A stretch of 48,582 bases of DNA from an uncultured Clostridia bacterium (GTDB lineage Bacteria > Bacillota > Clostridia > TANB77 > CAG-508). This document shows, one piece after another, positions 17,075 to 27,300 of this stretch. The notes under the pieces were generated by a model. It was not told the origin of the DNA. It saw nothing but the letters and a program-made list of their open reading frames with translations, and did no database searches. A program made the position numbers and the translations under genes. Every line of letters begins with the position of its first letter. Within the stretch, counting starts at the first letter, position 1. The stretch spans positions 1-48,582 of the forward strand of contig CAKOWP010000003.1 of the NCBI GenBank assembly GCA_934122385.1, read 5' to 3'.

Positions 17075-17960
17075 TATATTTGGATATTTAATTGGAGAAG
17101 GATTTAGTAATGTTTTTAAAAACAAAAAATCAACAGGAGCATCATTGATGATAATGTGTGCTACAATGATAATATTTGGAATATTTCTAATTCTTGGAGA
17201 AAATATAAATCATTTTGTAGATGAAATAAAATCTGAACAAGGATTTCAAGTTTTTTTGAATAAGGATGCAACAGATGAAGAAATTCAGAAAGTCGGAGAA
17301 GAAATAAGGGCATTGGATGGAGTAAGCACAGCAGATTATAAAGATAAAGAATACGCTTTAAATACAATGAAAGAAAAATTAGGAGATAGGGCAGAATTAA
17401 TTGAAGGCTATGGACCAGACTATTTCCCACCATCTTATGTTGTTACATTAACAGACTTAAATATGAGTAAAGATGTACAAAATAAAATAATGGAATTCGA
17501 TAATGTTACTAAAATTACAAGTAGTGACCAAACTGTATCAACATTATTAGGACTAGCAAGAGGAATTAAACTTGTTACTGGAATAATTTTAGCATTATTA
17601 ATAGTAATATCAATATTTATAATATCAAACACAATAAAATTAACAGTACATGCAAGAAGAAAAGAAATTTCAATTATGAAGTATGTTGGTGCAACTAACA
17701 ACTTTATAAGATGGCCATTTATAGTTGAGGGTATGATAATAGGAATATTTGCAAGTATAATCTCAATTGTTATAGTAGGTGGAGCATATAGTTTATTTGC
17801 AGAACAAGCGGTAAATGCACAATTTATGCAAGCTATAAATATGAGTTTAGTTGGATTTAAAGATATGATATCTTCAATAATATTTGTGTATATGTTATTA
17901 GGAATTGGAATTGGTGCACTAGGAAGTGTAATTTCAATGAGAAAATATTTAAAAGTATAG
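17064..17960 (+). CDS. ftsX: Cell-division permease-like protein FtsX
   Basis: N-terminus KYNIFGYLIGEGFSNVFKNK, a TM helix, a ~100-aa extracellular loop, then 3 TM helices (FtsX topology). GTG 17064 lies 8 nt after AAGGTGG; alternative starts are 17040 and 17058. Overlaps the ftsE stop. Confidence 0.8.
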   Translation: MKYNIFGYLIGEGFSNVFKNKKSTGASLMIMCATMIIFGIFLILGENINHFVDEIKSEQGFQVFLNKDATDEEIQKVGEEIRALDGVSTADYKDKEYALNTMKEKLGDRAELIEGYGPDYFPPSYVVTLTDLNMSKDVQNKIMEFDNVTKITSSDQTVSTLLGLARGIKLVTGIILALLIVISIFIISNTIKLTVHARRKEISIMKYVGATNNFIRWPFIVEGMIIGIFASIISIVIVGGAYSLFAEQAVNAQFMQAINMSLVGFKDMISSIIFVYMLLGIGIGALGSVISMRKYLKV

Positions 17961-18056
17961 TTTTAGATTTGTAAAATAACACAAGATTTGGCATCCAAAA
18001 TTTTGAAAAAATTTTGGATGATGATGAGCGAACGGAGTGAGCGAAAGGGGAGAAAC

Positions 18057-19268
18057 ATGCGCAAGGGTTTATCAATAATATTAATCTTAATAATTTGTTT
18101 TGTTACAACATTTGCGTATGCTGAAGACAATGACACAAACAATACAACAGACCTACAAACGCAAAGAAGTGATTTGCAGAATCAATTAGACGAAGCAAAC
18201 GGACAATTAGATAATGTTCAAAGCAATTTATCAGAAAACCTACAACAAGTAGAAAAACTAGATAACAAAATAGAAACGGCAGAACAAGAGTTGTCAGAAC
18301 AAGAAAGTAAAATTACAGAATTAAAAAATAATATTGAAGAAATAGAAAGTGAACTAAATGATGTAACAGATAAATATGATAGACAAGTTGAACTTTTTAA
18401 AAACAGAATGGTGGCAATTTATGAATCTGGAGACACAAAATACCTAGATGTTTTGCTAAGGTCAAGAAGTATTTCAGATTTTTTATCTAGTTATTATATA
18501 ATAACAGAGTTGACACAAATTGATGAAGATTTGTTAACAGATTTGGAAACAAAGAAAAAGACAATAGATTTATCTAAACAAAAACTAGAAAATGAAAAAG
18601 AAGAATTAGCAACAATAGTAGAAAATCAAACAAGAACAACAAGAACCTTACAAAATACAAAAAAAATGAGAGAGAGTTTTATAGCAAAACTTTCTGATGA
18701 AGAAAAAGATTTACAAAGCAAAATTGACGAAATTAATGTACAATATGAAGAAGTAAATAAACAAATTTTAGCATTAGCTCAAGATGGAATAGATACTGCA
18801 TATATTGGAGGAGAACTTGCATGGCCAGTTCCTGGATATACAAGAATTACATCAAAATATGCAATGAGAGTTCATCCAATAACAGGACAATACAAGCTTC
18901 ATACAGGTGTTGACATAGGTGCACCAGAGGGAGCAAATTTTGTTGCAGCAAATGATGGAATAGTAACAAAGGCAGGACTTAATGCAGCATATGGAAATAT
19001 GGTAATAATAGACCATGGTGGAGGAGTTTCAACATTATATGCACATGGCTCAGAAATTTTAGTTGAAGTTGGACAAACTGTGAAAAGAGGAGACGCTATT
19101 TTGAAAGTAGGTTCAACTGGATATTCAACAGGGCCACATGCTCATTTTGAAGTTAGAATTAATGGTGTGCCAACTGATCCGTTGCCATATATAACAAATG
19201 GCTTAATACCAGGTGAAAATAATGACAGTGATAGTGATAATAATACTATTACAAATAATACAAATTAA
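18057..19268 (+). CDS. Coiled-coil M23 (LytM) peptidase, EnvC/PcsB-like, paralog 1
   Basis: Signal peptide MRKGLSIILILIICFVTTFAYA after a GGGGAG RBS (the track start 17988 is unlikely). Long coiled coil. M23 motifs HTGVDIGA and GPHAHFEV. Confidence 0.8.
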   Translation: MRKGLSIILILIICFVTTFAYAEDNDTNNTTDLQTQRSDLQNQLDEANGQLDNVQSNLSENLQQVEKLDNKIETAEQELSEQESKITELKNNIEEIESELNDVTDKYDRQVELFKNRMVAIYESGDTKYLDVLLRSRSISDFLSSYYIITELTQIDEDLLTDLETKKKTIDLSKQKLENEKEELATIVENQTRTTRTLQNTKKMRESFIAKLSDEEKDLQSKIDEINVQYEEVNKQILALAQDGIDTAYIGGELAWPVPGYTRITSKYAMRVHPITGQYKLHTGVDIGAPEGANFVAANDGIVTKAGLNAAYGNMVIIDHGGGVSTLYAHGSEILVEVGQTVKRGDAILKVGSTGYSTGPHAHFEVRINGVPTDPLPYITNGLIPGENNDSDSDNNTITNNTN

Positions 19269-19356
19269 TCAAAAATGATGGGAACAAATAAAACATTAGA
19301 AAAATAAACTTTATAGTTTATTTTCTTATGTGAAAAAATAAAGAGGAGAGAAACAT

Positions 19357-20625
19357 ATGAAAAATATATGTCAAAAAATTACAGGAACTTTATTAGCAAC
19401 AATAATTTTAGCAAGTACAAATATATCGTTAGCTGTTACTCAGTCAGAAATAAATAAACAAAAAGCACAACAAAATCAGATAAGTAATCAAATAGACGAA
19501 GCACAAGAAAAACAAAGAGAAGTAGAAAATCAAAAATCAGAAACTATGAAACAAGTTGAGTCTATTAGTTCGCAAATAGACAGTTATGAAAGCCAAATAA
19601 GTGATTTAGATAATCAAATAGCTCAATCTAATGAAAAAATAAAGGAACAAGAAAAAAAATTGGCGCAAGCAGAGGAAGATTATAAAAATCAAGAAGAACT
19701 AATAAAACAAAGAATGGTTGCAATATATGTATCTGGTGACACTTCTTATTTAGATGTATTATTAAGTTCAAAAAATTTAAGTGACTTTATTTCTAGTTAT
19801 TATCTAGTTTCAGAAGTTACACAAATGGATGCAGACTTACTTGAAAAAATACAAAAACAAAAAGAAGAAATAGAAACAGCTAAAAAAGAGATAGAAACAA
19901 ATAAAGAACAATTAACAACTGCAAAATCAAGTAAAGAAAGTGTATCTGCAGAACTAAAAACTGCTAAATCAGAAAAAGACAAATATGTTGCTCAATTGTC
20001 TGACCAAGAAAAAGAATTGGAGCAAGAAATACAAGAATTAAAACAAGCAAATGCTAAAATGGATAGCGAAATTAAAGCTAATGAGACAAAATATAAGAAA
20101 CAATTGGAAGAATTAGCAAGACAAGAAAATGAAAAAAATAATAGTAATAATAGTAATAAAAACAATGGAAATAAAAATAATGGAAGTAATAATGCTACTC
20201 CAACAGGTTCAGGATATTTTATGAGACCGGTAAGTGGTGGCTCAATATCAACAAATGGATATTATTCAAGTGGAAAATTCCATGGAGCAATAGATTATGC
20301 GGTTTCATTAGGAACCCCTGTATATGCAGCAGCAGCAGGTGTTGTAATGTCTACAGCTAATTTAAGTGGAAGCTATGGTACATATGTTGTTATAAGACAT
20401 GCAAATGGAATGCAATCATATTATGGACATGGTACATATGGTTCAATATGTGTATCTCCTGGACAAACAGTAAGCAAAGGTCAACAAATAATGCTTAGTG
20501 GTAGTACAGGAAATTCAAGTGGACCACATTTACATTTTGAATTAAGAGTTTCACCATATAGTTACAATGGTTATGCTACTGGATATGGACAAGATTCAAG
20601 AGTTAATCCTGCAAATTATATGTAA
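19357..20625 (+). CDS. Coiled-coil M23 (LytM) peptidase, EnvC/PcsB-like, paralog 2
   Basis: Signal peptide, coiled coil sharing RMVAIY(E/V)SGDT.YLDVLL with paralog 1, an Asn-rich linker, and M23 motifs HGAIDYA and GPHLHFEL. Confidence 0.8.
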   Translation: MKNICQKITGTLLATIILASTNISLAVTQSEINKQKAQQNQISNQIDEAQEKQREVENQKSETMKQVESISSQIDSYESQISDLDNQIAQSNEKIKEQEKKLAQAEEDYKNQEELIKQRMVAIYVSGDTSYLDVLLSSKNLSDFISSYYLVSEVTQMDADLLEKIQKQKEEIETAKKEIETNKEQLTTAKSSKESVSAELKTAKSEKDKYVAQLSDQEKELEQEIQELKQANAKMDSEIKANETKYKKQLEELARQENEKNNSNNSNKNNGNKNNGSNNATPTGSGYFMRPVSGGSISTNGYYSSGKFHGAIDYAVSLGTPVYAAAAGVVMSTANLSGSYGTYVVIRHANGMQSYYGHGTYGSICVSPGQTVSKGQQIMLSGSTGNSSGPHLHFELRVSPYSYNGYATGYGQDSRVNPANYM

Positions 20626-20715
20626 AAGAACATACATAAAATAAAAAAATATTAATATTTTAATATAGAGCGGATAGATATTCCGCTCAAAATTTATGAA
20701 AGGTGTAGGTAGAAA

Positions 20716-21918
20716 ATGAAAAAGGAGAAAAAGTATCAAATTTATAAAATTATAATGATAGTTGCAATAGCTGTATTTATCACATTTATGGTTACATCAT
20801 TATCATTATATACTTATTTTGTTAAAAATCCTGTATCAGTAAGTTCTAGTAATACAAGCAAAAGTCTAAGTAGTAAATTAGCAAGATATAAAGAAATAAT
20901 AAATCAATACTACTTAGGAGATGTAGACGAGACAAAACTTGAAGAAGGTGCTATAAAAGGTTATATTGAAGGCTTAGGCGATCCATATACGGAATATATT
21001 TCTAAAGAAGATATGGATAGTTATTTAGATGATACTATGGGAAATTTTGTTGGTATAGGAATATATATGATAAAAAATACACAATATGATAGAATCCAAG
21101 TATTATCAACAATAAAAGGTGGACCAGCAGAAAAAGCAGGAATTCAAGCAGGAGACTTAATAATATCTGTTGATGGTGTTGAATATAAAGCAGATGATAT
21201 GACAACAGCATCAAATAATATAAAAGGTGAAGAAGGAACAAAGGTTACTGTAGAGTTATTAAGAGGTGCAGAAACTGTTAAATATGAATTAACGAGAGAA
21301 AAAGTAAAAGTTAATCAAGTTGAAGGAAAAGTAATTTCAAATAATATAGGATATATAAAATTTACATCATTTGACGAAACAACAGCAGAAGATTTTAAAG
21401 CAAAATATGAAGAACTATCTAAGCAAAACATAAAATCATTAATTATAGATTTAAGAAATAATGGTGGAGGAATTGTTGACCAAGCTTTAGAGATAGCAGA
21501 TTATATGACAGATAAAGATTCAGTTCTATTATATGAAGTTGACAAAAACAATAAAGAAACTGTAAAAAAAGCAAAAGAAGATCCAATAATTAATATGCCA
21601 ATAATTATATTAACAAATGAAAACACAGCAAGTGCTTCAGAAATTTTGGCAGGAGCATTAAAAGACTTGGGTAAAGCAAAAACAGTCGGAACAACAACAT
21701 ATGGAAAAGGTGTAATACAACAAATTCTAAAACTTAATGATGGAAGTGGGTTGAAAATAACAATTGAAGAATATCAAACTCCAAATAAAAATAAAATCAA
21801 CAAAGTTGGAATTGAACCAGATGAGAAGGTAGAATTACCAGATAGTGTAAGTAATCCTTTAAATGTTAAAGAAAGTGAAGATACTCAACTTCAAAAAGCA
21901 ATAGAAATGTTAAAATAA
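20716..21918 (+). CDS. ctpA: Carboxy-terminal processing protease (S41 family)
   Basis: N-terminal TM anchor, PDZ region (GGPAEKAGIQAGDLIISVDG), S41 motifs DLRNNGGG, TASASEILAG and TYGKG. Confidence 0.85.
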   Translation: MKKEKKYQIYKIIMIVAIAVFITFMVTSLSLYTYFVKNPVSVSSSNTSKSLSSKLARYKEIINQYYLGDVDETKLEEGAIKGYIEGLGDPYTEYISKEDMDSYLDDTMGNFVGIGIYMIKNTQYDRIQVLSTIKGGPAEKAGIQAGDLIISVDGVEYKADDMTTASNNIKGEEGTKVTVELLRGAETVKYELTREKVKVNQVEGKVISNNIGYIKFTSFDETTAEDFKAKYEELSKQNIKSLIIDLRNNGGGIVDQALEIADYMTDKDSVLLYEVDKNNKETVKKAKEDPIINMPIIILTNENTASASEILAGALKDLGKAKTVGTTTYGKGVIQQILKLNDGSGLKITIEEYQTPNKNKINKVGIEPDEKVELPDSVSNPLNVKESEDTQLQKAIEMLK

Positions 21919-21999
21919 ATAATAAGAGTTATAACTTTTAGGTAATAAAAATATAAAAGTAAGAATATTAACTAGTAATAATTTAGAAAGGTTAGAAAA

Positions 22000-22596
22000 A
22001 TGAATTTAGCAAATAAATTAACAATTTTTAGAATAATACTTGTACCAATAATGGTCATAATACCATTTTTAGGAATACAAGGAGATGTATGTGGAATACC
22101 AATATCATGCTTAATTATAGATTTGATATTTATAATAGCATCACTAACAGACAAATTAGATGGATATATAGCAAGAAGTAGAAATCAAGTAACAACATTT
22201 GGAAAATTTTTAGATCCATTAGCAGATAAAATTTTAGTATTAACAGCAATGATTATGCTGGTAGAAATGGGAAGATTACCAGCTTGGATACCAGTAATAG
22301 TACTGGCTAGAGAATTTATTGTTTCTGGATATAGATTAATCGCCGTAGAAAAAGGCGGAAAAGTAATAGCTGCATCAGTATGGGGAAAAATGAAAACAGT
22401 TACACAAATGATAGCTATAATATTAGCATTTGTTGATATAAATGCATTTGGAAAGTGCTTTACAGGAGAATTAACAGGAATTTCATTAGGTTTAAATTTA
22501 GTAGTTACTTTGATGATGATAATTCAAACAATAGCAACGATATTCTCTGGATATGAGTATTTAAAAGATGGAAAAGAATTATTTAAAGATTGCTAA
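22000..22596 (+). CDS. pgsA: CDP-diacylglycerol--glycerol-3-phosphate 3-phosphatidyltransferase
   Basis: N-terminal NLANKLTIFRI and the CDP-alcohol phosphotransferase motif DKLDGYIARSRNQVTTFGKFLDPLADK. Confidence 0.85.
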   Translation: MNLANKLTIFRIILVPIMVIIPFLGIQGDVCGIPISCLIIDLIFIIASLTDKLDGYIARSRNQVTTFGKFLDPLADKILVLTAMIMLVEMGRLPAWIPVIVLAREFIVSGYRLIAVEKGGKVIAASVWGKMKTVTQMIAIILAFVDINAFGKCFTGELTGISLGLNLVVTLMMIIQTIATIFSGYEYLKDGKELFKDC

Positions 22597-22661
22597 ATGT
22601 AATAAAAGGTAGAGAAAAATAAAATTTTATGGCCGTTTTGAATAAAGTTATAACAAAAAGC

Positions 22662-22690
22662 TTGACAAATTCAAAAAACTGGCTTAATAT
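22662..22690 (+). promoter_or_regulatory. Candidate sigma-A promoter of greA with a structured ~130-nt leader
   Basis: TTGACA (22662-22667), a 17-nt spacer, then TAATAT (22685-22690). The leader contains an 11-bp hairpin TTAATGTCCTA/TAGGGCATTAA at about 22703-22731, followed by a T-run. Confidence 0.4.
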
Positions 22691-22824
22691 AGTATAAGTT
22701 TTAATGTCCTATTTAATATATAGGGCATTAATGTTAATATAATATTATTTTTTTTTATATTTAATGCACATGAAAAGTTATAGTATAAAATTAGTGCATA
22801 AATAAAAATATGGAGGTTGTAAAA

Positions 22825-23301
22825 ATGGAAGAAAAAGAAGTAATCCTTACACAAGAGGGATATGATAATTTAGATAAAGAATTAAATTACTTAAAAACAG
22901 AAAAAAGATCTGAAATTGCAGAAAGAATTAAAGTTGCATTAGGATTTGGAGATTTATCAGAAAATTCAGAATATGACGAAGCAAAAAATGCTCAAGCAGA
23001 AAATGAAGTTAAAATAGCTGAATTAGAAAACAAATTAAGACATGCAAAAATTATTGATGAAAAAGAAATTGATACTGATACAGTTCAAGTAGGAAATACT
23101 GTAAAAGTATTAGATATTGAATTTGATGAGGAAGTAGAATATACAATAGTTGGTTCTACTGAAGTTGATTTAGCTGAAAATAAAATTTCTAATGAATCAC
23201 CTTTAGGGGCAGCTCTTTTAGGTGCTAAGAAAAAACAAACTGTTGAAGTTAATGCACCAGCTGGAATTATGAAATATAAAATATTAGATATTACAAAATA
23301 G
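22825..23301 (+). CDS. greA: Transcription elongation factor GreA
   Basis: [25 protein letters not shown]...[14 protein letters not shown] (Gre coiled-coil tip) and a C-terminal FKBP-like domain. ATG 22825 follows GGAGG by 8 nt. Confidence 0.9.
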   Translation: MEEKEVILTQEGYDNLDKELNYLKTEKRSEIAERIKVALGFGDLSENSEYDEAKNAQAENEVKIAELENKLRHAKIIDEKEIDTDTVQVGNTVKVLDIEFDEEVEYTIVGSTEVDLAENKISNESPLGAALLGAKKKQTVEVNAPAGIMKYKILDITK

Positions 23302-23302
23302 A

Positions 23303-23342
23303 AAATCGGAAATAGGGACTTATCTCTATTTCCGATTTTTTC
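23303..23342. terminator. Bidirectional terminator between greA and deoD
   Basis: Stem AAAATCGGAAATAG/CTATTTCCGATTTT flanked by A- and T-runs, between convergent genes. Confidence 0.7.
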
Positions 23343-23343
23343 T

Positions 23344-24066
23344 CTAAATTTTTATAGCAGAATCTAATGCAAGTTTTATCATATTATTTAAACCTGTTTG
23401 ACGTTCTTCAGGTGTTGCAATATCTTTAATAAATTTTGAATCTACAACACTCATTAAGCAAGAAGCTTTTTTATTCAACAATTTAGCATTATAAAATAAA
23501 GCAAAAGCTTCCATTTCAGCAGCAACAGGATTAAAGTTATCAGGTATTCTATCTAAAAATTTATTAACATCAGTCATATAAACATCAAAACAATCAGTAC
23601 AAACAGTATTACCTGAAACAATATTTAAACTAGATTCCTTAGCTGTATTTTTAATTATAGAGTTAAGTTCATCATTAGAAGAAACTGTATGACAATTATC
23701 ATTATTTAAAGTTAAAGCGTAATTACTTTCTGAAAAAACATTTTCACTCAAAATAATATCAAATAATTTAAGTTCTGGTTTGTATCCTCCACAAGAACCT
23801 ATTCTAATAATATTTTCTACATCATAAAATTTAAATAATTCATATGTATAAATACCAACACTTGGCATTCCCATGCCATGGGCCATTACTGTTAATTCTT
23901 TTCCTTTGTAAGTGCCTGTATATGCATACATACCTCTAACTTGATTTACAAGTTTGCAATTTTCCATAAAATTTTCTGCTATATATTTTGCTCTTAATGG
24001 GTCTCCAGGCATTACAACTGTTTTTGCAATATCTTCTTTATTTGCTTCATTATGTGGTGTTGACAT
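23344..24066 (-). CDS. deoD: Purine nucleoside phosphorylase, DeoD type
   Basis: STPHNEA..IAKTVVMPGDPLRAKYIAENF, HGMGMPS and AAEMEAFAL, characteristic of hexameric PNP. Confidence 0.85.
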   Translation of the reverse strand: MSTPHNEANKEDIAKTVVMPGDPLRAKYIAENFMENCKLVNQVRGMYAYTGTYKGKELTVMAHGMGMPSVGIYTYELFKFYDVENIIRIGSCGGYKPELKLFDIILSENVFSESNYALTLNNDNCHTVSSNDELNSIIKNTAKESSLNIVSGNTVCTDCFDVYMTDVNKFLDRIPDNFNPVAAEMEAFALFYNAKLLNKKASCLMSVVDSKFIKDIATPEERQTGLNNMIKLALDSAIKI

Positions 24067-24213
24067 ATAAAATTCCTCCTTTGTTTTTTAATATTATATC
24101 ATATAAAAATAAAAAAGCAATTATAGTAAAAAAATATTGCAAAAAATAGTAAGTTATGATATAAAATAAATTAAAGAAAAATAAGCTAATTACAAAAGAA
24201 CAGAGGTGAAATT

Positions 24214-24948
24214 ATGATAAAAGCTTATGCAAAATCAGATAAAGGAAAAGTAAGAGAAACAAACGAAGACTATTTTTATATTTCAAATTCACTAGACCAA
24301 GTGCAATTATACATATTAGCTGACGGAATGGGCGGATACAATGGAGGAGAAATAGCAAGCAAGTTAGCTGTAGAGACAGCAAAAAATTATATAGAAAATA
24401 ATTTTAAAGATATCGAAAAAGATAAAGATAGCATAATTCAATTATTAGGAAGCAGTATGGAATATGCAAATATGGTTGTATATGAAAAGGCGAAAGCAAC
24501 ACCAGAATTACAAGGAATGGGAACAACTTTAGAAATTTGTTTAATCTATAATAATAAAGTATATATAGGACACGTAGGAGATAGTAGAGTATATAGAATA
24601 CGTAAGCAATTTATACGAAAATTAACACAAGACCATAGTTATGTTCAAAAATTAGTAAAAGAAGGAACTATAACAAAAGAACAAGCAGTACATCATCCTC
24701 AAAAAAATATGTTAATGAAGGCATTAGGATGCAATGCATTTGTAGAACCAGATGTAATGGTAAAAGGATTTTTAAAAGATGATATTTTAATTATGTGTTC
24801 AGATGGTTTAACAAACTTAGTAGAGCAAGAAACATTATATGAAATGGCAACAAAAAATATAGAGCAAGCAACAAAAGATTTGGTGGAACTTGCAAAAGAT
24901 AGAGGCGGATATGACAACATAACAGTTGTTATTATAAAAAATATATAA
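24214..24948 (+). CDS. stp: PP2C-family Ser/Thr protein phosphatase
   Basis: NEDYF, LADGMGG, CSDGLTN and GGYDNITVV motifs. Directly upstream of the PASTA kinase gene. Confidence 0.85.
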   Translation: MIKAYAKSDKGKVRETNEDYFYISNSLDQVQLYILADGMGGYNGGEIASKLAVETAKNYIENNFKDIEKDKDSIIQLLGSSMEYANMVVYEKAKATPELQGMGTTLEICLIYNNKVYIGHVGDSRVYRIRKQFIRKLTQDHSYVQKLVKEGTITKEQAVHHPQKNMLMKALGCNAFVEPDVMVKGFLKDDILIMCSDGLTNLVEQETLYEMATKNIEQATKDLVELAKDRGGYDNITVVIIKNI

Positions 24949-24997
24949 CTGCTTACATTATGGCTTAAAAGCAATGTGATAAAAAGGAGAGAGAAGT

Positions 24998-26965
24998 ATG
25001 AATTTAGAAGGTAGGATTCTAGGTAACAGATACGAGATTATTGAAAAAGTAGGCAATGGAGGAATGGCTACAGTATATAAAGCAACAGACTTGGTTTTAA
25101 AAAGATATGTTGCAGTAAAAGTACTAAGAGATGAATTTACAACAGACGAAGAATTTATAAAAAGATTCGAAACAGAAGCACAATCAGCTGCAAGATTAGT
25201 ACATCCTAATATAGTTTCAATATTTGATGTTGGGGTAGATAATGGTATTTATTATATAGTAATGGAATTAATAAAAGGAAAAACTCTAAAAGAAATAATT
25301 GTTGAAGAAAGAGGACCACTTCCTTGGAAATGGTCAGTAAATGTAGCAATTCAAATAGCATCTGCTTTAGAGATGGCACATAAAAACAACATAATACATA
25401 GAGATATCAAACCACATAATATAATAATAACTGAAGATGGAATAGCAAAAGTTACAGATTTTGGAATAGCAAAGGCTGTATCAAATTCAACAATTACAGC
25501 ATTTGGAACTACAATTGGCTCAGTACATTATTTTTCACCAGAACATGCTAGAGGTGGATACACAGATGCAAAATCTGACTTATATTCATTAGGAGTTGTA
25601 ATGTATGAAATGGTAACAGGTAAAGTTCCATTTGATGCTGATACACCTGTTTCTGTTGCATTAAAACATATGCAAGAAGAACCAGTACCACCAATTGAAA
25701 TGAATCCACATCTTCCAGAAGCAGTAAATAAAATAATATTAAAAGCATTGAAAAAAGACCCAATGTATAGATATCAAACTGCAACTGAATTATTAGAAGA
25801 TTTAAGAATGGCATTAAAAAATCCATCAGGAGATTTTGTTGAAGAAGAGGATTATGATCCAACAGCAAAAACACAAAAAATATCAACACAAGATGTTGAG
25901 AAAATGCAAAAAAGAAATAATAAAAAAGAAAATAAACTAGTAACATTTATAAAAAATCATAAAGTACTAAGTTCTTTTATAGGTTTAATATTATTGTTCT
26001 GTATAGCATTTGGTGGAACAATGTTAGTATTGAATTTAACTAACCCAAAAGAAGTTGAAATGCCTAATATAGTTGGACTTACAAAAGATGAAGCTCAACA
26101 AAGAATAGAAGGAGCTAAACTCAAATTTGAAGTTGCATCAGAAGAATATAATAAAGATGTAGAAGAAAATCATGTTATAAGCCAAGATCCAACATATGTA
26201 GAAGGATATAACAAAGTAAAAGAAGGAAGTACTGTAAAGGTTGTTTTAAGTAAAGGTACAGAAAAAACAAAAGTTCCAAAGGTTATTGGGATGTCACAAG
26301 AAGATGCTGTTACAGCAATTGAAGATGCAAAATTAAAAGCTGAAATCGTTGAAGAAACAAGTAAAAAAGTTCAAGAAGGATATGTAATTAGTCAAGAGAC
26401 TGATGCAAATACAGAAGTAGATGCTGGAGAAACTGTAAAAATTCATGTAAGTACAGGTGTTGAAAAGGCAACAGTTCCTGGAGTGGTTGGAAAATCACAA
26501 GATGAGGCTAAAAAAACTCTTCAAGATTTAGGTTTTGTTGTTACTGTAACAACTGCAGAGGATAGTTCTAAAGACAATGGAGTTGTTTTGAAACAAAGCT
26601 TAGATGAGGGTAAATCTGTAGAAAAAGGTTCAGCTATTACTATTACTGTAAATAAATTGGCAGAAATAAAAACAGTTCCTATAAAGGTTAATGTGAAATC
26701 ATTACTTGATGGTAACATATATGAGACATCATCTGGAAATGAAACAGAAGAAGATAAAAAAGTAAAAAATGTAAAATTGGAAGTTAAAGTTGGAGATGAT
26801 ACAATTTATTCTCAAACTGTAAAAGCTTCTGAGACATCAATATCAGTAGGAAATGCTAAAGGTTCTGGAACTACAACTGTTAAAGTATATATAGATGGAG
26901 TTCTAAAAAATGATGGTGGATATTCTTTAGTATATAGTAATGTTAATTCTTATACAGCAGAATAA
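24998..26965 (+). CDS. prkC: Ser/Thr protein kinase with PASTA repeats (PrkC)
   Basis: Hanks kinase motifs GNGGMATVY, HRDIKPHNI and DFGIAK. A TM helix, then three PASTA-like repeats (VPNIVGL.., VPKVIGM.., VPGVVGK..) and a C-terminal beta-rich extension. Confidence 0.9.
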   Translation: MNLEGRILGNRYEIIEKVGNGGMATVYKATDLVLKRYVAVKVLRDEFTTDEEFIKRFETEAQSAARLVHPNIVSIFDVGVDNGIYYIVMELIKGKTLKEIIVEERGPLPWKWSVNVAIQIASALEMAHKNNIIHRDIKPHNIIITEDGIAKVTDFGIAKAVSNSTITAFGTTIGSVHYFSPEHARGGYTDAKSDLYSLGVVMYEMVTGKVPFDADTPVSVALKHMQEEPVPPIEMNPHLPEAVNKIILKALKKDPMYRYQTATELLEDLRMALKNPSGDFVEEEDYDPTAKTQKISTQDVEKMQKRNNKKENKLVTFIKNHKVLSSFIGLILLFCIAFGGTMLVLNLTNPKEVEMPNIVGLTKDEAQQRIEGAKLKFEVASEEYNKDVEENHVISQDPTYVEGYNKVKEGSTVKVVLSKGTEKTKVPKVIGMSQEDAVTAIEDAKLKAEIVEETSKKVQEGYVISQETDANTEVDAGETVKIHVSTGVEKATVPGVVGKSQDEAKKTLQDLGFVVTVTTAEDSSKDNGVVLKQSLDEGKSVEKGSAITITVNKLAEIKTVPIKVNVKSLLDGNIYETSSGNETEEDKKVKNVKLEVKVGDDTIYSQTVKASETSISVGNAKGSGTTTVKVYIDGVLKNDGGYSLVYSNVNSYTAE

Positions 26966-27012
26966 AAATATTTTTATGGAGGTATGTTAGTCGACCTAAC
27001 ACAAAATGAAAA

Positions 27013-27300
27013 ATGAAATTTGGGTTATCAGAAAGAACATATAATGCAATAAAAAAAGTAATAGAAAATAATTCTAAGTATACATTTAAATTATTTGGCT
27101 CTAGAGCAAAGGGAACATTTAAAAATAATTCAGATATTGATTTAGCAATATTTGAAAATGTTGATAGAAAAAATGAATATAAAATAAGAAATGAAATAGA
27201 CGAATTAGATATTATTTATAAAGTTGATTTGGTTTTTATAAATAATAATACAAAAAAAGAATTATTGGAATCAATAAAAACGGAAGGAGTTGATTTCTAA
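27013..27300 (+). CDS. Minimal nucleotidyltransferase (MNT), antitoxin-like partner of the HEPN protein
   Basis: 95 aa with the GSRAKGTFKNNSDIDLAI (GSx10DxD) pol-beta-type NTase motif. The stop overlaps the next start (TAATG). Confidence 0.75.
   Translation: MKFGLSERTYNAIKKVIENNSKYTFKLFGSRAKGTFKNNSDIDLAIFENVDRKNEYKIRNEIDELDIIYKVDLVFINNNTKKELLESIKTEGVDF

Noticed and set aside
17991-18056. 13-bp perfect hairpin CATCCAAAATTTT-GAA-AAAATTTTGGATG followed by GAGCGAACGGAGTGAGCGAAAGG, resembling the GC-rich apex (GAGCGAAGCGAGG) of the foldback core
   Set aside because: The similarity is limited to about 10 nt and no other family blocks are adjacent. It is also too short for a ydaO/c-di-AMP riboswitch, which I considered because an M23 hydrolase gene follows.
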